Assembly (NCBI GenBank): GCA_965248435.1
Contig: OZ252100.1
Span: 2,912,001 to 2,976,000, forward strand
Direction of reading: 5' to 3'
DNA from: Candidatus Latescibacterota bacterium
Lineage (GTDB): Bacteria > Latescibacterota > UBA2968 > GCA-2709665
DNA length: 64,000 bases
A program made the translations under genes and the position numbers. Numbering within the stretch: the first letter of the stretch is position 1; every line of letters begins with the position of its first letter. Shown piece by piece: positions 1 to 9,499 of the stretch. The notes beneath the pieces are model-generated. The model saw only the letters and a list, made by a program, of their open reading frames with translations, was not told the origin of the DNA and searched no databases.

Positions 1-448
1 CTACGTGCGCCATGGGGATCGGATCTCCCTTGAGGAGTGACTCGTATTCGGACGATGCCGCTGAGATGACCCGTTCGAGCGCGGGCAGATCATCGGAAAG
101 GTGGGCCACTGTCTCCTCCAGATTCGGAGTTACGAAGCAGCATTTCGCGCCTGAGTTCTCCAGAATGTATTCAAACTCCCTCTGGTGGAGTTTTGCATTT
201 ATCGGTACGACGCAGAGACCGGCGTGCCAGGCTGCGTACATCACCTCCAAAACCTGCGGACAGTTCTGCATGACGATCGCGACCCGGTCTCCGGTCGTCA
301 GCCCCAGCCGATCCTTGAAGCGTCCTCCGATCGTTGCCGCACGACGCGCAAACTCGCGGTAGTTGCAATAGACCTTATCCCCCACCGCGATGGCGGGATG
401 GTCACCGTAGGTGTTTGCTGCCCTTATTAAAAGCCCTGCGAGGTTCAT
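1..448 (-). CDS. AMP-binding long-chain acyl-CoA ligase, N-terminal part (runs off window)
   Basis: Manual translation from ATG at 448: MNLAGLLIRAANTYGDHPAI...GDRVAIVMQNCPQVLEVMYAAWHAGLCVVPINAKLHQREFEYILENSGAK, a typical ANL-family N-terminus; absent from the ORF track. Confidence 0.85.
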   Translation of the reverse strand, partial: MNLAGLLIRAANTYGDHPAIAVGDKVYCNYREFARRAATIGGRFKDRLGLTTGDRVAIVMQNCPQVLEVMYAAWHAGLCVVPINAKLHQREFEYILENSGAKCCFVTPNLEETVAHLSDDLPALERVISAASSEYESLLKGDPIPMAHV

Positions 449-464
449 GGTTGATCTTCCTCAC

Positions 465-495
465 TGTAGAGACGCCCCGGTTGGGCGTCTCTACA
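465..495. repeat. GTAG-type REP-like palindrome
   Basis: TGTAGAGACGCCC-CGGTT-GGGCGTCTCTACA, perfect 13-bp inverted repeat. Confidence 0.7.
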
Positions 496-523
496 CCTAG
501 CAAATAGCGATTTTTGACTCACG

Positions 524-552
524 AAAAAAGCGCCCGCCAAATCGGCGAGCGC
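524..552 (-). terminator. Intrinsic terminator downstream of the coiled-coil gene
   Basis: AAAAAA then GCGCCCGCC-AAATC-GGCGAGCGC; a hairpin followed by a U tract on the minus strand. Confidence 0.6.
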
Positions 553-688
553 CATTAAAAAAACAACCTGCCGCGCGACCTCAGAAAGGCGGAATCCCAT
601 CCCCCCACCCCGCACCCCTCACCTTCCTATTTTAATGCAGCAGGGAATGATTTCAAAACTGAATCGGTTCGTCTAATCGTTTACATAT

Positions 689-2251
689 TTACTTGGGGGC
701 ATAAGCATGATGAGGAGAGAAATTCTTGTCGTAATTCAATCGCACGTAGCGGATGAGCGCCTTCTCCTGAATGTTCATCCGGTCCACCAGCTTTCGCATC
801 GGTTCCTGGCGCTCTTTGAGGTGCTCGGCCTGCGCCTTCATGTTCTTTGAATATCCGAGGAGGGACCCCAGCTGGCTCCGCTGTTTGTTCATCGTCTCCT
901 TCATCTCCTCCATCTCCGTCGCCAGATTTGACTCCTTGTAGCTCTCCAGGTCTCCCTGGATCACATCCATCTCCTGCTGCTGGACCTCAAGCTGCTTCTG
1001 GTAGCTCTTCTCCTGGGTATCCAGCGCATCCAGGCCGGCCATTGCGCGTTGTTTTTCCTTCTCCACATCCTCGATATACTCGAGCAGCTCTTCGGGCTCC
1101 ATCTCCTCGAACTCTTCCAGCGAAGGAATCTCTTCGGCTCCTGAAAGCACCGCCTTCAACTTGTCGAACTGATCCCTGAGGTCGCGGCGCTCACCCTCCA
1201 GTTCTTCCTCGAACTGGTGCCTCAGTTTTCGCTCCCTTTGAAGCGAATCCTTCAACTCTTCCAGCTCCGTCCCGGTCTTCTCAGCCTGCGACTCCAGGCG
1301 GCTAATCGTGGCCTGGTTCGTCTTGAGCGTCTCTTCGTACTGACCCAGCTTGTTCGCCATCTCGCTCGGAGCTTCGACCTTACGCGCCTGACCCTGCTTC
1401 TGTTGCTTCTCCTTATCGACGGTGGCCTGGGCGCGCTTGAGCTGTTCCCCAAGCGTCTGAATCTGCCGATTCTTGTCCTCGATCTGGACCTGCTGATCCC
1501 GAACGTCCTTCTTGGATCCTTCTAAACTCTTCTTGAGAGAGTTGACCTCCTCCAGCAGTTCCTCAATCTTTTGTGAAAGGAACTTGGAACGGTCTGCCTC
1601 CTTGTCCTCGGTCTCCTCACTCTCCCCCGTGCGACCTAGATGAAGGTCGAAGGCCTCGATAATCGAATCAGGGTCTTCCAGAAGCGTATTCCACCGCTCC
1701 GATCCCAGGGCCTCTCTCACACGCTGGACCTCTGCGGTGAGCTCTCCGTTTCCACTCTCATGCCCGTTCGATTCCCGCGCGGCAAGTTCGGCCGTCTCGC
1801 CTTTCGACTTTTCAGCCTTTGGCTCTTCTACGCCTTCCTTCTCTTGATCCCCTTCTTTCAGTCCAGGCCCAGCTTCGGTCGACTCGGCCACCTCCAGCAG
1901 GGCGTCAATGGCGCGCGCCAGTTCCTCAACCGGCTTCCCGGCCACGCGCTCCCACTTTTTAGTGCCGTAACCGGCCCCCTGCAAGAGGTTCCGAACGGCC
2001 TCCATATTCTCAGTTTTGGTGAATTTCCGGGCAGCAACTCCGAATTCGGAGCACCATTCATCCGTGTAATACTTAGGAATCGCCTCCAGCTGGGGAAACG
2101 CAATCCGAAAATGGTCGTAGAACGTCCTCAGGTTTCGGACGAAATGGAACCACCGGTTTGGACTGTAGGAGGTCTTCTTGACCCCGTTCGCGGATTCACG
2201 GCCAGGGGCCTTGTCTGTGGCCCCGCCCGTCTTCCTTTTCTCAGGAGGCAT
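689..2251 (-). CDS. Hypothetical protein with long acidic coiled coil
   Basis: E/K/Q/L-rich heptad pattern over most of the C-terminal half; GGAGGA RBS precedes ATG at 2251. Confidence 0.75.
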   Translation of the reverse strand: MPPEKRKTGGATDKAPGRESANGVKKTSYSPNRWFHFVRNLRTFYDHFRIAFPQLEAIPKYYTDEWCSEFGVAARKFTKTENMEAVRNLLQGAGYGTKKWERVAGKPVEELARAIDALLEVAESTEAGPGLKEGDQEKEGVEEPKAEKSKGETAELAARESNGHESGNGELTAEVQRVREALGSERWNTLLEDPDSIIEAFDLHLGRTGESEETEDKEADRSKFLSQKIEELLEEVNSLKKSLEGSKKDVRDQQVQIEDKNRQIQTLGEQLKRAQATVDKEKQQKQGQARKVEAPSEMANKLGQYEETLKTNQATISRLESQAEKTGTELEELKDSLQRERKLRHQFEEELEGERRDLRDQFDKLKAVLSGAEEIPSLEEFEEMEPEELLEYIEDVEKEKQRAMAGLDALDTQEKSYQKQLEVQQQEMDVIQGDLESYKESNLATEMEEMKETMNKQRSQLGSLLGYSKNMKAQAEHLKERQEPMRKLVDRMNIQEKALIRYVRLNYDKNFSPHHAYAPK

Positions 2252-2441
2252 GGGTTCCTCCTCCAAATTTACGAAAGTCTTTGATTCTTATGCAGTTCAT
2301 GACATATAGATCGTCAAATTCGGCCCCATCCTCCACTCATGCCGATTTCGAACGGTGACGAAGTGTCTCCGAGAACTTCGGAGTATTATATAAAACCATC
2401 TAAAATGCCCTTTGGACGTGATCCGCATCACATGGGGGGCA

Positions 2442-3302
2442 CTAAAGAGACCAGACAATCAAAAATGAGGCCCCCACGTAAGAAAAGGCTTCGATGAAGC
2501 CGGCCCCCAGGTGGGGTTTCTCCTGATTTGAGATTTCCGCCGACAGGCTCAGGCCCGGCAGAAGGATCTTATCCGTCCCGATTCTGACAATCGGTAAGAC
2601 CACCAATCCAGCCAGGACCTCGATCCCGAACCCCTGAAGACTGAGGCCCCACGAAATGAAATCACCCTCCACGGCGTGCCGAACCACGTTTCCGATCCCC
2701 ACCAAAGCCCCTGCGAAGCCTAACCCAGCCGCCACATTGTCCCGTTCGATCTCTGCGTGGACGTCGTACGAGGTGATCCAGTCGTAGACGACACTGGCGA
2801 TAACGAGCACCGCCTGCCCCAGCAGCCAGAAGACGACGACGCTGGTGACTGTGCCGACCGTTCCCACCACGGAAACCCCCGAAACGGCGCCGTGTATAAC
2901 CAGTCCGGTCGCGATGTAGGTCGCACAGAGGACGGCTCCAGTACCCACATTCTTGTCACGAACGATCTCATCTCGGATGGAAAAACCGCGTAAAATGAGC
3001 CGGTCGTTGACCAGCCGAGACAGGTTCAGCAGAATGATGGAGAGCGGACCGTAGATGAGTACGTCGGTCAGGTCTTCCTCCAATCCGTGCGAGGGACCCG
3101 AAATCACCCCGCCGATTGCCAGGATGAGGCCGAAGAAATAACCCACCAGAGCCACAGCGAGTGCGGTATTGTCTCGTTCCACAAGCTCATCCTGAACCCG
3201 GTAGCTCGGCGTCGTCCAGTCGTAGACCAGTTTCCCGATCCAGAAGAGAACAAACGAACAGACCAGGTAGATTCCGGTTTCACCCAAGTCTTGCCATATC
3301 AT
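2442..3302 (-). CDS. DUF350 membrane protein (two tandem DUF350 units)
   Basis: Repeated 'ELVERDNTALA / EIVRDKNVGTG / EIERDNVAAG' motifs between hydrophobic helices. Confidence 0.85.
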   Translation of the reverse strand: MIWQDLGETGIYLVCSFVLFWIGKLVYDWTTPSYRVQDELVERDNTALAVALVGYFFGLILAIGGVISGPSHGLEEDLTDVLIYGPLSIILLNLSRLVNDRLILRGFSIRDEIVRDKNVGTGAVLCATYIATGLVIHGAVSGVSVVGTVGTVTSVVVFWLLGQAVLVIASVVYDWITSYDVHAEIERDNVAAGLGFAGALVGIGNVVRHAVEGDFISWGLSLQGFGIEVLAGLVVLPIVRIGTDKILLPGLSLSAEISNQEKPHLGAGFIEAFSYVGASFLIVWSL

Positions 3303-4003
3303 TTCCCAAATCCTCCTCCGCGGCTTCCAAAGCCAGTTCGGCCGCGTCCAACCCGATTTTGCACGCGTCGCGAAAACGAACTCTTTCTGCGTGCCATGGC
3401 CTGTTTGCGGCGCTCGTAAAAGCCCGGTTTCCTCTGTTTCGTGACCGAGCCCCCTGTCCCGTATTCACGATTCGGGCCATAATAGGGTCGACCCCGACCC
3501 CGGTTACTCCGATAATCGTCATAATTTCGGCGATAAATCGACTGACCCCCCCCCATCAGGCTCCGCATCATCGCATATTGCCCATAGAAAACCCAGAAAC
3601 TTCCTCCCCCTCCACCCCAGTGGCCATACTGCGGATTTCCGACATAGTGATAACCCGCCGGGTGAGGCGTGTCGGTCACTCCCTCGTCCGACTTGGCCGT
3701 CAGGGCCATGCCGAGAAAGGGTTCGTACTTTCTGTAGATCGATTCCTGGACCTCCACCCAGCCAGAGACCCGTTCCCGGCTGCCCTGGACCACCTTGTAG
3801 CGGTGGTAGTACTTTGAAAAAAAGCCGGGTTCCTCCTGCATGTCTTCCAGGATGATCATGTATTCAGGCGCAGAGGCAAGGCTCTCCTGCATGGCCTGAA
3901 CGGGATCTGTGGGTCCACCACAGCCTGGTAGGGTAAGAAGTACCACCAGGAGAATCGGCGCGAAAAGGCCGGATCGTGGACGCGACCAGATAAGCTCGCT
4001 CAT
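3299..4003 (-). CDS. Putative lipoprotein with Gly/Arg/Tyr-rich C-terminal tail
   Basis: Hydrophobic stretch ending LPGC; tail RGRTGFGSRGGGFGK; ATGA overlap with the DUF350 gene. Confidence 0.7.
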   Translation of the reverse strand: MSELIWSRPRSGLFAPILLVVLLTLPGCGGPTDPVQAMQESLASAPEYMIILEDMQEEPGFFSKYYHRYKVVQGSRERVSGWVEVQESIYRKYEPFLGMALTAKSDEGVTDTPHPAGYHYVGNPQYGHWGGGGGSFWVFYGQYAMMRSLMGGGQSIYRRNYDDYRSNRGRGRPYYGPNREYGTGGSVTKQRKPGFYERRKQAMARRKSSFSRRVQNRVGRGRTGFGSRGGGFGK

Positions 4004-4171
4004 CTATGCGCACCTTCCGTTGATTGTGATATTCATTTCAACTCAAAGATACGTCCCCTTGACTGAAGGGGCAAGACGCTTGCGAATCCTCCTGGACCTC
4101 TGCTATATTGTGATCCGCTTTCGAGATCGACGGGATGCGAGCACGAGATCACAACAAAAGGAGTTACTCCG

Positions 4172-4801
4172 ATGCGGATCATCATAATCGGTTGCGAGTA
4201 CGTGGGGAAGTCCACGCTGATTCAGGAACTGATGAAGTGGGGGCCCGAACACGGTTTCCCTCTTCATCTCGACGACCATTTTTCGATCCCGGACACCCAG
4301 ACGCTCCTGCAGAAGAGCGACCAGGAAGTCCAGATGAATTTCTCACAGACGATGAAGGAGCGCTTTCAGCGATTTCAAATCGCCTACCACTTGATCCTCC
4401 TCAAAAAATTAGAACACATGATCCTGGGCGGTTTCCACATAGAAGAGACCATCTATGGCCCCCGATACTACTATCCCGACATGTACAGGCCCCCAGAACT
4501 GCCCCGGATGTATGAACTAGAGATGCCCGACGACATGATCCTGCTCCTCCTCACCGCCGGCGCCGAAGTCATCGAAAAGAGGATGCACGAGGAGCCGCAC
4601 ACCCATCCTCTCGTCTCCACTGATGATATTCAGCCCGTTTTGGACGAGTTTCGTCAAGAATACATGTCCAGCTGGATCAAGCGTAAATTCGAGATGGATA
4701 CGTCCAACCTCGCGCCCGAAGACATCCTTGAGGTGTTCCTCGACGCTTGCACGCCGCACCTAAGCGCCAGAGACCTCCTCATCAAGATGAACAGGTCGTG
4801 A
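4172..4801 (+). CDS. P-loop NMP-kinase-like protein
   Basis: N-terminal IIIIGCEYVGKST Walker A, LLTA...VIEKRM lid-like segment and MDTS; paralog at 52480. Confidence 0.7.
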   Translation: MRIIIIGCEYVGKSTLIQELMKWGPEHGFPLHLDDHFSIPDTQTLLQKSDQEVQMNFSQTMKERFQRFQIAYHLILLKKLEHMILGGFHIEETIYGPRYYYPDMYRPPELPRMYELEMPDDMILLLLTAGAEVIEKRMHEEPHTHPLVSTDDIQPVLDEFRQEYMSSWIKRKFEMDTSNLAPEDILEVFLDACTPHLSARDLLIKMNRS

Positions 4802-4835
4802 CTTCGAAGCAGGTTCTGTCTCGCACTGCCTCCAG

Positions 4836-6830
4836 ATGCGCCCAAACCTCCCGCTAGCCGGCATCCTCCTGCTCGCGGCCGTGCTCCGATTCTACGGCCT
4901 GGACTGGGGGATCGCCTCCCTCAAAGACTATCGGATTGATGGAAGACACATCTCCTTTGCCGAAAGTGGATTCCATCCCGACAGCAATGCCCTCGAGTTG
5001 GCTACAGCCAGCCTGGACGACTCACTCTATCCGACCATAGAACGAGAAGGACAGACGTATCTCTTCTCGAGTTACGGTACGTTGTTCATGTATATCTTCT
5101 GGGCCGTCGGCAAGCTTTCAGGGGAGCTTCTCGGGTTCGACGCCTTCTCGACGGACTCGGCAGGGGACGCAGATGCAACCCGGCTCGTCGGTCGTGCCAT
5201 TTCAGCGTCCTATGCCCTGGCCACCGTCTGGCTGGTTTATCTGCTCGGGAGACGTTGCTTCGGCACGCGATCAGGCGAGCTGAGCGCATTGTTGCTGGCG
5301 CTCACCCCCATGAGTATCCAGGCCGCTCACATGGCGACCGTGGACGGTCTCCTCGGCCTGCTGGCTGTCTGGCTGTGCCTCTGTTCGGTTAAGATCTGTC
5401 GCGCCGGGTCTCTTTACACCTATCTGTGGTCTGGCGTCGTCCTCGGTCTCGCCGTTGCCACGAAGATAAACGGTGCCCTCCTCGTGTTCGCCCCTGTCAT
5501 TGCCCACCTGCTGGTCTCGATGAGGTCCTCGAGAATCAATTCCAAGCTAAGGGCAATCTTTCTGCGCCCAGGCCTCTACGTGACTGCCGCGTCCGCGCTC
5601 GGGACCTATATGGTGCTCACCCCAGCAGCGTTGTTTCGCTCTCGAGACTATTTCTTGACCGAGTTCTATGGAAACATCTTTCACGTCTTCGAGATGAACA
5701 TCGGCGGAGATTTTGTGCAGAAGGGATCGGTCTACCTGGAGGGCACGTCGTATCTATACCTGCTGACGGATGTCTTTCCGGCAGGTCTCGGCTGGCCCCT
5801 CTTTCTCGTGTCGGTCCTGGGCATACTCTACGCCTTCACCCAGCGTAAGCCTGAGGACCTGATCGTGGTGGGCACTCTCCTGATTTGCTGCCTCTTGCTG
5901 GGACGTCTTTTGGACAAACCGATACGCTATTACGTCCTGCTGGGGCCCATGTTTGCCCTGCTTTCAGCAAGGCTGATCGGGGCAGCGATTTCGCGAACGC
6001 AAGGCAGGCTAAGGATTGGCACAATTGGAGGCACAATCTGCCTCTCGGGCTGGACAGGCTTGAATGCGTTGGCCTTCGTCACGATCTACGCAATTCCGGA
6101 CAGTCGCGTAGAGGCGGCGAACTGGGTCCACACACACCTTCCGCCAGGTTCAACGATTCTGGTGGAGAGAGGACACAACGATTTCTCATCGCTCTTATCG
6201 GAAAAAGAGTATCGGCGGATCACCATGAACATCGAGCAGGAGGCATACAAAACGTGGAATGACTCCCTTGCAAGAAATGGAGACTATGCGGCCATCTGGG
6301 AAATGGAATACCTGGACCGGGCCGACTGCCTGCTCATTTCGGATGATCGAATGGCGCTGGCCAGATCCAACGCGTCGGCTGAACAATACTACCGTCTTCT
6401 CTTTGAGGGGAAACTGCCCATGAGGCTCGTGGAATCCTACGAGATGATCCCCGAATTCCTCTCCTGGACGTTCGACGACACAAAGCTTGATCTCAACAGT
6501 CGGCGATATGACCATCCTTCGACATTCGTTTTTCGACGCTCGAAGGGGTACTCCATCTTTTCCGGGCGTCCCGACCTAGAACGATACCGGATGCGCACCA
6601 GAAAGGACTGTCTCGACCTGTTCGACGACGCGATGAAACTCAAGGATTACCTGCTGTTCAGGCATTGTCTGACTCGAAAGCTTCGAGCTTCTCTCTCAAG
6701 CAGTTTGCAGTGGCGGCTCTTTCTCCAGTTTCTTCGACAACCGGACCTGCGCCAGGACCTGGAGGACCCGTTTGCCCTCGTCCTGGAAGATGGGATCTGG
6801 CGAATCAACGTGACCGCAGAATTCAGGTAA
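4836..6830 (+). CDS. GT39/ArnT-PMT-like membrane glycosyltransferase
   Basis: LRFYGLDWG...FHPD, GRAISA, AHMATVD, GLAVATK, PIRYY, DSRVEAANW motifs; many TM helices. Confidence 0.8.
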   Translation: MRPNLPLAGILLLAAVLRFYGLDWGIASLKDYRIDGRHISFAESGFHPDSNALELATASLDDSLYPTIEREGQTYLFSSYGTLFMYIFWAVGKLSGELLGFDAFSTDSAGDADATRLVGRAISASYALATVWLVYLLGRRCFGTRSGELSALLLALTPMSIQAAHMATVDGLLGLLAVWLCLCSVKICRAGSLYTYLWSGVVLGLAVATKINGALLVFAPVIAHLLVSMRSSRINSKLRAIFLRPGLYVTAASALGTYMVLTPAALFRSRDYFLTEFYGNIFHVFEMNIGGDFVQKGSVYLEGTSYLYLLTDVFPAGLGWPLFLVSVLGILYAFTQRKPEDLIVVGTLLICCLLLGRLLDKPIRYYVLLGPMFALLSARLIGAAISRTQGRLRIGTIGGTICLSGWTGLNALAFVTIYAIPDSRVEAANWVHTHLPPGSTILVERGHNDFSSLLSEKEYRRITMNIEQEAYKTWNDSLARNGDYAAIWEMEYLDRADCLLISDDRMALARSNASAEQYYRLLFEGKLPMRLVESYEMIPEFLSWTFDDTKLDLNSRRYDHPSTFVFRRSKGYSIFSGRPDLERYRMRTRKDCLDLFDDAMKLKDYLLFRHCLTRKLRASLSSSLQWRLFLQFLRQPDLRQDLEDPFALVLEDGIWRINVTAEFR

Positions 6831-7135
6831 ACCTGCAGACAAGGCATTTGCAAGAACCGTGCCCTCTTTCAATCCTCCTGGGGGTTAGACCATCTTTGCT
6901 GCCTAAAGGATTTACTTACCGCTCGTATGAAATAGGGCCTCGGGTCAGCCCAGGAGTGAACTATGAGTTCTCATGGGCGCACAATCTGTTCACCCTAGGG
7001 CCCTACCACCGAATGACACTGCCTTGTTTGGAGGCCCTTGCAACGCCATCTTGAATTGCGTACTTTGACCAGCACGTTTCCTGCTCGGACGTCCCGTAGG
7101 TTCGTCCCATATATTAATGATAAAGGAATAATAAG

Positions 7136-8431
7136 ATGGATCTCAGAAGACAACCTCCCCGCAGACCGTCCAACAAGGGAATCGGGGGAATCGTTGGCAT
7201 CGCTCGGATGGCAGACAAGGCCCGGGCCTACAACGAAGAAACGCTCGGCGACTTTGTCTACGGAGATGACTCGATTCTGGACAAGATCTGTCTGGACTTT
7301 CTCGGGATTACAGCAGATGAGTTTGCTCTTGCGACAAAGAAAAGTGACGACGAAGCCCTCGGAGACTGGGTCCGGAAGACCTCAGGAAAGACGGAGACGG
7401 AGATAGAGGAGTTCAATCGTCACCATCTCGCACGCGAACCGGAGGATGAAGTCCAGCGGCAGCGTCTGAAAGATCGTGTCTCCCGCTACGCGCCTGAACG
7501 CACTGACATCAGGACCATATTCGATTCCATCGACCTGGATGACTGGGGGTCATTCCGAGACGTCGACCTCGGGCTGCGTGCACCTCGCTCGCCCTTCTTC
7601 CGCGACGTTGCGGGCATCTATGGCATCGCTCGCATGTCGGACAAAGCGCGTGCGTCCAAGGCGGATCGGCTTGGTGATTACATGTACAATTGCCCCATCG
7701 ATAAGGCCATCCTGGAGTTTCTGGGCTTTTCAGCTGACGAATTTCGAGAAGCTGCCTATCAGAATCTCAACGACGAGGAGCTTGGGGCATGGGTCCTCGG
7801 AGAGACGTCCAGGGGTCGAAACGAAATCCCGGCCTTCAACGCCGGTTTGAGGCACATGGGACCGGACACCGAGGAGAAGCGCGAGAAGTTCAGGAAGGCG
7901 GTCGAGGAAATCGCACCGGGCCGTGCGGAAATCACGACCCATTTTGATCGGCTCGACCTCGACGACGAGCACAGCTTCCAAACGGTCGATCTCTCGCGAC
8001 ATCCCCCTCGGAGCCCGTATGATACCTCCGTCGGGGGAATTGCCTGCCTCGCCAGAACCATAGACAAGGGGCGAGCCAACCTTTCTGATACCCTTGGGGA
8101 ATACTGGTACGGACAGGATTCCGGTATCGACCGCCGTCTCCTCGAATTCCTCGAGCTCACTGTCGAAGCATTCGAAGAAGCGCTGAAGGGCACCTCGACA
8201 GACGCCGACCTCCTTGAACGGATTAGCGTCCCGAACGGGAAGTCCGAATCCGAGATCGCCGACTTCAACGATACAATCACCAGGCTTGGACCTGCAGACG
8301 AAAAGGTTTGGACCTGGTTCCGAAGACAGATCTCCCAGTTGGACTCCTCCCGCACGGACGCTACGACCTACTTCGAGCTGATGCTGCTGAGCGACCAGAT
8401 TACATTTGCACGCCTGAAGGCAGGAGTGTGA
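7136..8431 (+). CDS. Protein with three tandem DUF5069 domains
   Basis: Three copies of DL..xPRxP...GI..(I/L)ARxxDKxRA...LG(D/E)(F/Y)xY...D...L(D/E)FL. Confidence 0.8.
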   Translation: MDLRRQPPRRPSNKGIGGIVGIARMADKARAYNEETLGDFVYGDDSILDKICLDFLGITADEFALATKKSDDEALGDWVRKTSGKTETEIEEFNRHHLAREPEDEVQRQRLKDRVSRYAPERTDIRTIFDSIDLDDWGSFRDVDLGLRAPRSPFFRDVAGIYGIARMSDKARASKADRLGDYMYNCPIDKAILEFLGFSADEFREAAYQNLNDEELGAWVLGETSRGRNEIPAFNAGLRHMGPDTEEKREKFRKAVEEIAPGRAEITTHFDRLDLDDEHSFQTVDLSRHPPRSPYDTSVGGIACLARTIDKGRANLSDTLGEYWYGQDSGIDRRLLEFLELTVEAFEEALKGTSTDADLLERISVPNGKSESEIADFNDTITRLGPADEKVWTWFRRQISQLDSSRTDATTYFELMLLSDQITFARLKAGV

Positions 8432-8440
8432 GGCCTCGTG

Positions 8441-9499
8441 ATGGCAGTGGACCCGAGCGAACCGGTTGAGATTCCCATAGACGGGACGCTGGACCTGCAC
8501 ACCTTTCATCCCAGAGACACGAAAGATCTTGTCTGTGACTACATCGACGCGTGTCTTGAAAGGGGAATCCGCGATGTGCGCATTATTCACGGAAAGGGAA
8601 CAGGAGCACTCAGGCGGACCGTTCACGCCGCCCTGAATAAGAACCCCGCGGTGGCGTCCTATCACCTCGCAGGAGAAGATGGCGGGAGCTGGGGCGCAAC
8701 GCTCGTCACACTGACTCGCGAAGTGCCCGATATCCAACTCGTCAACTTCCTGAAGGCCAGCGAGCGGATTCTGGCCTTTGTCGGAGCAGGCATCTCCACC
8801 TCCAGCGGCATTCCTGATTTCAGGGGGCCCCAGGGCATCTGGACGAAACGCAGGCCGATCTACTACCAGGACTTCATGACATCCGAGCGCGCAAGGAGCG
8901 AGTACTGGCAGCAGAAGCTGGAGGACTGGGAGCTTATCCGGGAAGCGCAGCCGAATGCGGTCCACAAGGCGCTCGTCAGACTCGAAGAAGCCGGAAAGCT
9001 CGAAATGCTCGTCTCCCAAAACATCGACGGCCTCCATCTCAAGGCCGGAACATCCTTCGAGCGCCTCGTGGAGCTTCACGGGACCGTTTCTCAAGTAGAG
9101 TGTCAATCCTGCGGGGCGCGCAGCGATCCCGAACCCCATCTGGACGCCTTTCGAAAAGACCGGGTCGCCCCCGACTGCAGCTGTGGCGGCTATCTGAAGT
9201 CCGCGACGATCAGCTTTGGCCAGAATCTGAAGGAGGCGGATCTCCAGCGCGCTATGGCCGCGGCCGAGAGGGCCGACTCGGTCATTGCCCTGGGATCGAC
9301 CCTTTCAGTCACCCCTGCGGCCTCCTTTCCTCTGGTCGCCGCGCAACGCGGCGTTCCCTACACCATCATCAACAAGGGACCTACGGAACACGACGGCGAA
9401 CCGGACGTGAACCTCCGCCTGGAAGGGGACGTGACAGAGATCTTTCCTCCAGCAGTGGAGGCAGCGCTCCAAAGCGATGCCGCCCGGCTCTCTGCTTAA
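8441..9499 (+). CDS. Smr domain fused to Sir2-family NAD-dependent deacylase
   Basis: Smr motifs LDLHTF, IIHGKGTG, GGSWGATLV; then GAGISTSSGIPDFRG, QNIDGLH, ELHG, CQSC..CSC, GSTLSVTPAA in one frame. Confidence 0.85.
   Translation: MAVDPSEPVEIPIDGTLDLHTFHPRDTKDLVCDYIDACLERGIRDVRIIHGKGTGALRRTVHAALNKNPAVASYHLAGEDGGSWGATLVTLTREVPDIQLVNFLKASERILAFVGAGISTSSGIPDFRGPQGIWTKRRPIYYQDFMTSERARSEYWQQKLEDWELIREAQPNAVHKALVRLEEAGKLEMLVSQNIDGLHLKAGTSFERLVELHGTVSQVECQSCGARSDPEPHLDAFRKDRVAPDCSCGGYLKSATISFGQNLKEADLQRAMAAAERADSVIALGSTLSVTPAASFPLVAAQRGVPYTIINKGPTEHDGEPDVNLRLEGDVTEIFPPAVEAALQSDAARLSA

Noticed and set aside
7730-9139. 469-aa minus-strand ORF
   Set aside because: Antisense shadow of the DUF5069 and Smr-Sir2 genes with no motifs; common in GC-rich DNA
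8441-9499. Sir2 as an anti-phage NADase (Thoeris/DSR type)
   Set aside because: It retains the Zn-binding module and CobB-like deacylase motifs, and no defence partners are nearby
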